A stretch of DNA of 64,000 bases from Pseudomonadota bacterium (GTDB lineage Bacteria; Pseudomonadota; Alphaproteobacteria; Rickettsiales; RGZB01): positions 24-64,023 of the forward strand of contig RGZB01000004.1 of NCBI GenBank assembly GCA_010031735.1, in the 5' to 3' direction. How positions within the stretch are numbered: position 1 is the first letter of the stretch; every line of letters begins with the position of its first letter. The notes beneath the pieces were generated by a model. That model had not been told where the DNA came from. It ran no database searches and saw nothing but the letters and a program-made list of their open reading frames with translations. This document shows positions 1-7,801 of this stretch, piece by piece. The position numbers and the translations under genes were made by a program.

Positions 1-187
1 TTTCAAAGCTGAAAGGATTCTTTGACTTATCCTGAATGATCTTTACGGCATTCTCACGGATCTTGGTCGTATCCGCCGCCGCTTTCTGACCGCTGGTGGG
101 CTGTGCTTGCGCTTCCTGCGGCGGAGTCACGGCTTCCGTACCCATGAGGATAGCGCCGGCTAACATTAGTTTCTGGACAAAATTCAT
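1..187 (-). CDS. hypothetical exported protein (N-terminal part; continues past the window edge)
   Basis: The reverse strand reads ATG at 187-185, then MNFVQKLMLAGAILMGTEAVTPPQEAQAQ..., a signal-peptide-like start. A GGGGA ribosome-binding site lies upstream. The frame stays open to position 1. Confidence 0.45.
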   Translation of the reverse strand, partial: MNFVQKLMLAGAILMGTEAVTPPQEAQAQPTSGQKAAADTTKIRENAVKIIQDKSKNPFSFE

Positions 188-275
188 CGTAGTTCCCCTA
201 CACGTTTTCAGCGTAAGGTAAATTTATTAACGAATTGTGAAACTCCAGCGTCACTAAAGGTCAAAAAACGACAAA

Positions 276-291
276 TTAACGATTTATTAAC
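276..291. promoter_or_regulatory. perfect CtrA-type box, TTAA-N7-TTAAC
   Basis: TTAA(276-279) cgattta TTAAC(287-291), in the divergent intergenic region between the leftward gene and fliC. An extra TTAAC half-site lies at 227-231. Confidence 0.4.
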
Positions 292-369
292 CTTTACCAT
301 GATAGGTTGGTCATTCGCCCCAAGTGGTTTGGGGAGATTTTTGGGCTATTTGGTATCCGGATGTACGAT

Positions 370-377
370 GCCGATAA
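370..377 (+). promoter_or_regulatory. possible sigma-28 (FliA) -10 element, GCCGATAA
   Basis: An exact 8/8 match to the FliA -10 consensus about 85 nt upstream of the flagellin ATG. No convincing TAAA -35 at the expected spacing, so this is tentative. Confidence 0.3.
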
Positions 378-461
378 CTCAATTGATTACCTCGCTGTAG
401 TCTGGTAGATTATAGCTTCGGCATGTAGCCGATTTTGTTCAATCCATGTAGGAGACTTACT

Positions 462-2858
462 ATGACTTCGATTAACAACAACGTGGCTGCGCTTGGTGCG
501 CAGTCAAATCTTCGCGCAGCAAACTCCAAACTCGGTCGTTCTATTGACGCTCTCTCGAGCGGCAACCGAATCATCCGTGCTTCGGACGACGTTGCAGGCC
601 TCTCTATCGGTTCTATTCTTCGTACCAACGTGAATACGCTGAAGACGGCCCTTGCGAACGCTGGTCAGGCAAACACGGTTCTGCAGATCGCAGACGGTGC
701 ACTTGCTCGTATCAGTGAAATTCTCACGCGTCAAAAAGCACTGGCTGCATCTGCAAACAGTGGTTCTCTGACGAACGTGGAACGCGGCTTCCTCAACCAA
801 GAGTTCCAATCAAACACGAACGAGATCAACCGTATCGTAAAAGATACCAAGTTCAACTCGCTCACCCTGCTTGATGGTTCTATCTTCGACCAGGTTGCTG
901 TTCAAACCAACACGGGTGATCCGCTGGGTCAAGGTGTAGGTAAAGGTACCGCTGCTTCTGGCACGATCACCTTCTCCACCGCTGCTCCGGTCAACCAGGA
1001 CTCCGTAACGGTTAATGGCGTTCAAATCTTCTTCGGTGCTTCTGGTTCTGGTGACACGGTTGCAATTGGTGCTTCTGTGAACGCCTCTGCAACTAACCTT
1101 GCTAACTTCATCAACAGCAGTAAGATCAATGCGCTCAAAGATGTTTCGGCGTCTGTGAACGCAGGTGTTGTGACCATTACCGCGAAGCAAACCGGCACGA
1201 TTGGTAACGCAATCACCATTTCAACAAACGCCACTACTCCGGCGAACCTTGTTGCTTCTGGTGCTACCTTAACCGGTGGTGTGGACGGTGACTTAGAAGC
1301 GAATGCAACCATCACTTCTTCAACGGTTCGTTTTGGTTCGTCTGACGTGGTGGGTGATTCCATCATTACGGCGCTCTCTACGACTGCTGTGGCAAAAGCT
1401 AGCCAGACGATCACGCTGTCTGGTCAAGCGACGGGTGCTACCTCTGCTACCATCAACGGCGTAGCCTTTACCTTCGGTACGGGTGCTGGTCTGGTGGGCG
1501 TAGGTACGTCTGCTGCAACTGCTGCAACCAACCTCGCACAAGCCATCAACGAATCGACGAACCCGCTTCTCGATAAAGTGATCGCGACTGTGAACGCAGG
1601 TGTTGTAACGGTAAGGTACACGGAAAACGGTACGGCTGGTAACGCAATTACCACGACGGCTGCCGGTGTGGCTACCGCAGGTGCTGCTACCTTAACCGGT
1701 GGTGCTGGCTCTGGTATCCAAGTCAACAACATCGTCAACAACAAAGACTTCATCGGTACGGTCGGTGGCTTTAAAGCTACCTATGTCGGTACTGATAAAG
1801 TCAACCTTGAAGTGACGATCGGTGATCAACGTTACACCGCGACGGTCGACGACACGACTCCGTCAGTAAATACGCAAGTGCGTCTTTACTCTGACAAGTC
1901 TGGCGCTGATGGTAGTGGTTTCTTTGACATCTATCTGGCTTCTGGCCAAGGTGAATCTGTTGCAGGCCAAGTCGATGCGGACACATTTGCTGCTCGTATC
2001 AACAAAGCATTCAGCACGGTCACGTTCTATCAACAACGCGATGCGTCTGAATCTTCGTATGTGGCTGCTGGTGCATTCTACACCGGTACAACGCAAACGG
2101 GCTCACTCTCCGGTTCTTCAGTAGACTATAAATTCAACAATTACACGAATTCTGCAATTGCTGATATTAAAGTCGAAGCTCCGACTGCTGGTTCAACGGA
2201 TGGTAAAATCTCCATCACGCTGGCTAACGGTGAAGTGTTCCAAACCGCTGCAGGCTTAGGTAGTGCTCTCAACGATGCGAGCAACACCACGCTGACCAGC
2301 ACAACCAACCCAAACAATACCATCATCTTCACGACCGGTACCATCAACTTATCTGGTTCTGGTCAAGCGATCCAATTCACGAACGACTCTCAAGCGAAAG
2401 TGTTTGAAGCCGCTCTGAAGGATGCTTTCGGTCTCGGTACGGGCCAAGGTGGTATTAACTTCCAAGTGGGTCTGCAAGCAACGAGCACCATTAAGGTCGC
2501 TATTCAGGGTGTTTCTACGAACAACCTGTATAAAGATTCTTCTGGTGTACTCCAATCGCTGGATATCTCTACCGCTGAAGGTGCACAAGCTGCATCCGCA
2601 GTGTTAGACCAAGCGATCTCGAAAGTGACGTCTGTACGTGCATCTGTGGGTGCATATCAGTCTCGTTTCGACTTCGCATCTGCGAACCTGGAAACCGGTA
2701 TTCAGAATACCGACGCTGCTCGCGCTAAGTTCCTTGATGCTGATATCTCGGAAGAGTCTACGAAGTTTGCACAATCTCAAGTGCTGCTCCAAGCCTCTAT
2801 CTCGGTACTGGCTCAAGCGAACCTGCTGCCGCAGAACTTACTCAAACTTATTGGTTAG
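462..2858 (+). CDS. fliC: flagellin, very large (798 aa) with an expanded central variable region
   Basis: Conserved flagellin N-terminus (MTSINNNVAALGAQSNL...LSSGNRIIRASDDVAGLSIG) and C-terminus (VGAYQSRFDFASANLETGIQNTDAARAKFLDADISEESTKFAQSQVLLQASISVLAQANLLPQNLLKLIG). AGGAG ribosome-binding site before the ATG at 462. Confidence 0.95.
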   Translation: MTSINNNVAALGAQSNLRAANSKLGRSIDALSSGNRIIRASDDVAGLSIGSILRTNVNTLKTALANAGQANTVLQIADGALARISEILTRQKALAASANSGSLTNVERGFLNQEFQSNTNEINRIVKDTKFNSLTLLDGSIFDQVAVQTNTGDPLGQGVGKGTAASGTITFSTAAPVNQDSVTVNGVQIFFGASGSGDTVAIGASVNASATNLANFINSSKINALKDVSASVNAGVVTITAKQTGTIGNAITISTNATTPANLVASGATLTGGVDGDLEANATITSSTVRFGSSDVVGDSIITALSTTAVAKASQTITLSGQATGATSATINGVAFTFGTGAGLVGVGTSAATAATNLAQAINESTNPLLDKVIATVNAGVVTVRYTENGTAGNAITTTAAGVATAGAATLTGGAGSGIQVNNIVNNKDFIGTVGGFKATYVGTDKVNLEVTIGDQRYTATVDDTTPSVNTQVRLYSDKSGADGSGFFDIYLASGQGESVAGQVDADTFAARINKAFSTVTFYQQRDASESSYVAAGAFYTGTTQTGSLSGSSVDYKFNNYTNSAIADIKVEAPTAGSTDGKISITLANGEVFQTAAGLGSALNDASNTTLTSTTNPNNTIIFTTGTINLSGSGQAIQFTNDSQAKVFEAALKDAFGLGTGQGGINFQVGLQATSTIKVAIQGVSTNNLYKDSSGVLQSLDISTAEGAQAASAVLDQAISKVTSVRASVGAYQSRFDFASANLETGIQNTDAARAKFLDADISEESTKFAQSQVLLQASISVLAQANLLPQNLLKLIG

Positions 2859-2873
2859 TTCTTACTAATGGTA

Positions 2874-2901
2874 GGAGGGGGAGGGTTTTCCCTCCCCCTT
2901 C
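2874..2901 (+). terminator. GC-rich hairpin after fliC (attenuator or terminator)
   Basis: ggagggggaggg-tttt-ccctccccc(t)tcc forms a stem of about 11 bp. The downstream T-tract is weak. Confidence 0.5.
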
Positions 2902-2937
2902 CATCCCGATAGGTGGATGAAAAGGAGGTAAATATTT

Positions 2938-3339
2938 ATGGATGGCATTGTTATCCCGAATAATAACCTGAACCAGACGAATAACACCATTGCAACTGCG
3001 GCGGTAAAGGCTGCGCAAACGCAACAAGGTGCACAGGGTACGACCCGCGTTCAAGTCGCTCCGGCACAATCGCCCAATAGTGCGACGATCAATGATAAAA
3101 GCAGAGAACAGGAAGGCGAGATCAATACGGTCGAACGCCGTATGCAGCTGATGAAGCGCCTGGCCAATCTCTACGCGGTGAGTGATTCCCGCTTTACTAT
3201 TTATAAAGACAAAGACGGCGTGTATCATACGCGTATCACGAACCTGCGTGACGGTACGGTGACGGTAGTTCCGGAACCAGACCTTTATGCACAACTCGGT
3301 TCGCACCACAATGGTTCGCTGCTGACGACCTCTGTATAA
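2938..3339 (+). CDS. flaG: FlaG family flagellar protein
   Basis: It sits between fliC and fliD. The C-terminal FTIYKDKDGVYHTRITNLRDGTVTVVPEPDL resembles the FlaG core. Strong AAAGGAGG ribosome-binding site. Confidence 0.75.
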   Translation: MDGIVIPNNNLNQTNNTIATAAVKAAQTQQGAQGTTRVQVAPAQSPNSATINDKSREQEGEINTVERRMQLMKRLANLYAVSDSRFTIYKDKDGVYHTRITNLRDGTVTVVPEPDLYAQLGSHHNGSLLTTSV

Positions 3340-3387
3340 CAGGGGTCGGGCGGCTTTTGAATGTAACTTAAACGAAAGGGCGATGGC

Positions 3388-5931
3388 ATGGCCATCAATC
3401 TTGGCAGTTTCGTAACGGTAAATGGTAAGTCGATCTCGACAGGGTCGCAATCCGGCCTTGATACGCAAGCGCTGATCAAGGAGCTTGTTTCCGTACGTGA
3501 AGACCAGATCAAGACCATCACCGATAAACAGACCAAAGTGAAAAGCCAGGTGACGGAATTCGGCACCTACAGCAACCTGCTGAACAAACTCAAGACATCG
3601 CTCAACCTGCTGCGTAACCCACCGGGTTTCGGCCAAGCCAGTAACAACGTATTCCAATACCGCACGACGCAGCTCTCGACGAGCAACGGCACGACGGCCA
3701 GCAACTATCTGAACGTGACCGCAACACCGGGGGCAAAACTCGCGAAATATACCGTTTCGATCGACAACGTGGCAGAAGCACGCCAGCTTCGCAGCAACAC
3801 GTCCTACAGCAGCGTCAGCTCTGACCTGACGACCGGCGGTGGTATCACGCCCGGTACATTTACCATTACCTCAAGCCTGTACGGCATCCATGACGAAGTG
3901 CTCTCGAGCGGCGATTATTCCGCCCAAGGTGCGGCGAGCGGTATCGTCAGCAGCCTCGGCAACTTCAACGTGGTGAGTAATGGCGATACGGGCCTGCAAG
4001 GTACCATCGCTGGGTTCAATGCGACCGTGAACGGCAATAACGTGGATTTAAGCGTCGTGGTGAACGGCAAGACCTACACCGCCTCCGTGGCCGCGAACAA
4101 CGGTGTGGGTAACGATTCTATCACCGCAGGGGGCATCACTTTCACCAATACGGCGACGGGCACCTCCTTCCGGGTGACGACCGGTAGCGATTATGTGATC
4201 GCGGGCAACCAAACCAATGCGGATGCTTTTGCCGCGGCACTGACCTCCGGCGTATCCGGCATCTCGGTGTACCAAAGCCGCGAAGTGGGTAACTTCTCGA
4301 AAGCGAATGCCGCGGGTTCGACGGTTTCCAAACTCGAGAGCAAGAATATCAGTTTCGTGAGCAACGGTTTCGATAACGCCACGCTCCGCCAGGGCTCCAT
4401 CGGTAAATTCACCGCGACGGCGGTTTCAGCCGCGGGTGCGAACGACGGTAAACTCGAAGTGACCATCAACGGGGAGACGTTCCGTGCCACGGGTCTTGGC
4501 AACGACGGTTCAGATACGGAAACCAGCAACATCACGCTCTCCAGCCTGAGCACGGGTAAAAAACTGAATATCAATCTGGCCGATGCCGGGATCACCCTCG
4601 ATTTCTCGACGCCGACCAAAGCCGCGACGATCTCGAGCGATCTCAATAAAACCTTCGGTACGTTCTCGGAAGATGTGACGATCAGCGCGGGTTCGACGCT
4701 TGCCAGTGTCGTGAGCGCCATCAACGCAAAATCCACGACCACCGGTGTTTCCGCAAACACCCTGCAGGTGGGTCCGAACGACTACCGCCTTTCACTCACG
4801 GCCGACAATACCGGCTTTGAAGGCGGCTTCGACCTGGTGAATGCAGCGACGGTGTTCGGCGTCAGCCCGTTTTCGACCGTGAAGACCGAGGAAGATTCCC
4901 AAATCACACTTGACGGCGTTGCCATCCATCGGGGCAGCAACACGATCAGCGATGCGCTCGACAACGTGACCTTCTCGCTCCTGCAAGAGACCGGGAACGG
5001 CGTGACGATCGCGAGTGAGATCAAAGAAGACAAATCCGCGGTGCAGAGCACGATCCTCGATTTCGCCGCCGCCTATAACGAGATCAAGATATTTCTTGCA
5101 AAACAATCCGAACGTGATGCGGATGGCAAATTCCTGGATACGGCGGTGCTCGGTGGTAATACGCTGGTGCGCACGACCGCGCAAAGTTTCGATACCGAAC
5201 TGAACAAACTGGTGGGTGGCCTGGGCACGAATGCCATTAACCGACTCTCCGAAATCGGTGCAGCCTTCTCTGATCTCGAGGCGGACGAGGCCAGCAAAAC
5301 ACCGGCGACGCATAACGTACTCCAATTCGACCAAACGAAACTGGCAAGCGTCGTCGATTCGAGTTTCGATAAGGTGCGTGCACTCTTCGAATTTACGCTC
5401 ACCACCTCGCAGAGCGACAAACTGGGCATTTCCAAAACCTCGAACTCACTCGGTGCGAACAATTTCACGCTCGATATCGATAAGAACCGCGCGGCCGGCG
5501 ACCAGGTGCGCGTGAAATATAATGACGGTACGAACGATGTGGTCGTGAATGCGACGCTCACGGGCACCGCTGGCAACTATAAGATCATCGGTAACTCTGG
5601 CACGGTGCTGGAAGGTATGGAATTCGTGTATGTCGGTACGGGTGTGGATTCGATCGACGTGAACGCAACGCAAGGTATCGGCGACCGCCTGTACAACCTG
5701 ACCGATGGTTTGGTCGCGGATAAGGGCCTGATCAGCACAGAGGTGACGAATCTCGATGATTCTGCGAACAACCTGCAAGATAACATCAACCGCGAGAACA
5801 CGCGTCTCGATGATTACCGTAACCGCCTGTATCTGCAATTCTCGAACTTTGAAGCGCAACTGTCGAAGATCAACTCGACACTGGCATTCTTAGACGCGCA
5901 AACGGCAGCACAGAATAACTACGGTAGATAA
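3388..5931 (+). CDS. fliD: flagellar filament cap protein FliD (hook-associated protein 2), enlarged to 847 aa
   Basis: FliD N-terminal heptads (SGLDTQALIKELVSVREDQIKTITDKQTKVKSQVTEFGTYSNLLNKL) and C-terminal coiled coil (NLQDNINRENTRLDDYRNRLYLQFSNFEAQLSKINSTLAFL). Confidence 0.9.
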   Translation: MAINLGSFVTVNGKSISTGSQSGLDTQALIKELVSVREDQIKTITDKQTKVKSQVTEFGTYSNLLNKLKTSLNLLRNPPGFGQASNNVFQYRTTQLSTSNGTTASNYLNVTATPGAKLAKYTVSIDNVAEARQLRSNTSYSSVSSDLTTGGGITPGTFTITSSLYGIHDEVLSSGDYSAQGAASGIVSSLGNFNVVSNGDTGLQGTIAGFNATVNGNNVDLSVVVNGKTYTASVAANNGVGNDSITAGGITFTNTATGTSFRVTTGSDYVIAGNQTNADAFAAALTSGVSGISVYQSREVGNFSKANAAGSTVSKLESKNISFVSNGFDNATLRQGSIGKFTATAVSAAGANDGKLEVTINGETFRATGLGNDGSDTETSNITLSSLSTGKKLNINLADAGITLDFSTPTKAATISSDLNKTFGTFSEDVTISAGSTLASVVSAINAKSTTTGVSANTLQVGPNDYRLSLTADNTGFEGGFDLVNAATVFGVSPFSTVKTEEDSQITLDGVAIHRGSNTISDALDNVTFSLLQETGNGVTIASEIKEDKSAVQSTILDFAAAYNEIKIFLAKQSERDADGKFLDTAVLGGNTLVRTTAQSFDTELNKLVGGLGTNAINRLSEIGAAFSDLEADEASKTPATHNVLQFDQTKLASVVDSSFDKVRALFEFTLTTSQSDKLGISKTSNSLGANNFTLDIDKNRAAGDQVRVKYNDGTNDVVVNATLTGTAGNYKIIGNSGTVLEGMEFVYVGTGVDSIDVNATQGIGDRLYNLTDGLVADKGLISTEVTNLDDSANNLQDNINRENTRLDDYRNRLYLQFSNFEAQLSKINSTLAFLDAQTAAQNNYGR

Positions 5932-5987
5932 TAACCGTTCCGCACGTAGCGGGATGGGGGATACATAGGTAACTGGAGGAGGACCAA

Positions 5988-6482
5988 ATGCCTAATAAAA
6001 GTGCGCAGCATGTAGCTTACGCCACGGCAGCCCAGAATGCGAGCAAGACCCGTCAGGTCGTCATGCTCTATGATGGGGTGATCAGTATGGTTCAACGGGC
6101 AGTCGAAGCCATCAAAGAAGGTCAGCTCGAAGAACGCTATATGCTGATCGATAAGGCCCGTAAGATCGTGTGTGGTCTCCAGACGGCACTCGATTTCGAT
6201 AATGCCCCGGATATCGCCAAACTCATGTACGATTATTATGAATCCATCGATATGCGCATGATCCATGTGCAGAGCACGAACCGTGCCGATGTACTGGCGC
6301 AGGTGGAAAAAGAACTGAAGATCATGCGGGATGCCTGGAAAACCATCGACGAAGCCGCCGAGAAAGAAGGCAAGAAACAAGATACGAAAGAGATGTATGC
6401 CACGGCCTATGAGGCGGTAACGGTGGCAACCGCCAGTTCTGCGGCAGAATCGAGCGCCGACAGCGTCTCTATCTCGGTCTAA
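5988..6482 (+). CDS. fliS: flagellar export chaperone FliS
   Basis: Motifs TRQVVMLYDGVISMVQRAVEAIKEG...KARKIVCGLQTALDF, position after fliD, and a GGAGGAGG ribosome-binding site. Confidence 0.9.
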   Translation: MPNKSAQHVAYATAAQNASKTRQVVMLYDGVISMVQRAVEAIKEGQLEERYMLIDKARKIVCGLQTALDFDNAPDIAKLMYDYYESIDMRMIHVQSTNRADVLAQVEKELKIMRDAWKTIDEAAEKEGKKQDTKEMYATAYEAVTVATASSAAESSADSVSISV

Positions 6483-6503
6483 ACCCATATAACAATAGAA
6501 ACG

Positions 6504-6533
6504 AGGGGGCGGGCGTATATTACGCCGCCCTCT
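6504..6533 (+). terminator. rho-independent-type hairpin after fliS
   Basis: Arms agggggc(g)gggcg and cgcccgccct pair with one bulge around a tatatta loop, followed by ttgtgcttt. Confidence 0.55.
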
Positions 6534-6539
6534 TGTGCT

Positions 6540-6555
6540 TTAAGGGATTGTTAAC
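6540..6555. promoter_or_regulatory. perfect CtrA-type box, TTAA-N7-TTAAC
   Basis: TTAA(6540-6543) gggattg TTAAC(6551-6555), about 43 nt upstream of the ATG at 6598. Confidence 0.4.
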
Positions 6556-6597
6556 ATTATTCTGTCATGCTGGAGATGGGATAATAAGAGGTTTTTT

Positions 6598-7717
6598 ATG
6601 GTAGCAATAGATCCAGGGTTTTTAGAGAAGATATTTGCTGATCCGGCGGATGATAATCACCGGCTGGCGGTCTGCGACTGGTTAACCGAAAATGGCGACC
6701 CGGCACGCGCAGAACTCATCCAACTACAATGTGACGGTGACCAATTACCGCCAGTATGATGGGCACGAACCCAACAGGAATTATCATGCTGCGCAGGGAA
6801 GGCCAGAGGAGAGAGTGCACGCAGCGGAGTTAATCGCGCAGCTCTCCCCCCACACCGTGCCGGCTGCTTTGCCGTCGATAGTAGCGGGCAAAGAAGCGAT
6901 CTATCTGGAAGTAACCGAGAGTAATATTCTGACACACGAAGTGGTGCTGGGTGATTTAACTTCCGAATATAGGCCAACCGCATTCATCGGGACGGCGGAA
7001 CATCCTGCTGTTGTAGAAGCGGTGGTCGTGGCGCCGAACTTAGATATCGATCTGCGTTTCGGTCGTTGCCGGAGCTGCATGCTTCAGACCGGCGCCAGAA
7101 ATACAGGTAGGCTATATATAGATAATAGCAGGATCGATTCCGTGATTATCGGCCCGGAACATAGTGGGTTCATCGAAGGTGGCTTTGCTTCGGATTTTGG
7201 CCGTGTGTTGATAGGCCATGGAAAAAATAATGGTCTAGTTCTAAATGGGACCGCAGGCGCGGTGGTCACCGGGCCGGGCTATCAGGACGTTCTTACGTTA
7301 TGCAGCTATACCCGCACGGCACTCCATTCGCATGACGCGACCGGTAGTTTGACACTTGGCCTCATGGAGTTTTCCCAACCGGACGCAGAGTTCGCCTTCT
7401 ACAACCACGAGACAGGCGAGACCCATCCCATCACTCTCCGGGGTACGTATTATGGCAAGGAGGGCGGAGAGCAGGTGTTGAAGATGGTATATAACGATAC
7501 TCTTGCCTTAGGTTCGTTACTTATCATGCAGGATGCACATGGAAGTGATGAGCGGAGTATTGCTGCAAGCGTACCGGAAAATATAATCAACAGAACGCGC
7601 GAGAAGGGCAGGAAAGATCGCACCGCGGCCGCGGTAACGTCTTTGGGCGAGGCTACGGGTGATCTCGGCGATCTCTCGAAGGAACGCGTGGAAAAAGGCC
7701 CGCCGCCACGCCCTTAG
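6598..7717 (+). CDS. TIGR02996-type N-terminal domain / repeat protein, paralogue 1, split over two frames (6598-6759 and 6692-7717)
   Basis: The frame starting at 6598 has an AAGAGG ribosome-binding site and encodes MVAIDPGFLEKIFADPADDNHRLAVCDWLTENGDPARAELIQLQ..., stopping at 6757-6759. The 341-codon body is open only in the +1 frame, and its ATG at 6692 has no ribosome-binding site. Confidence 0.6.
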
Positions 7718-7801
7718 CCTTAAAATATAGCCCCTTTTGTGCTTTAACGGATTTTAACCTTACCCCGTTATGTTGGAGATTAGGATAATAATAGGTTTTT
7801 T

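Noticed and set aside
504-5859. Many 60-190-aa ORFs on the opposite strand or in other frames inside fliC and fliD (for example 810-1190, 1022-1414, 4191-4760, 5073-5576).
   Set aside because: They lie entirely within genes with strong homology-type evidence, have no ribosome-binding sites, and have odd composition. They are shadow ORFs of repetitive, GC-biased coding sequence.
6721-6729. A search for a classical programmed-frameshift signal at the frame junction of the TIGR02996-type genes (slippery run, or an in-frame stop with an upstream SD-like element).
   Set aside because: caa-cta-caa offers no tRNA re-pairing in the +1 frame, and the sequences diverge immediately afterwards. The AAGGAAG in copy 2 is absent from copy 1. 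Programmed slippage is therefore not supported by sequence, although the frame split itself is real in this assembly.
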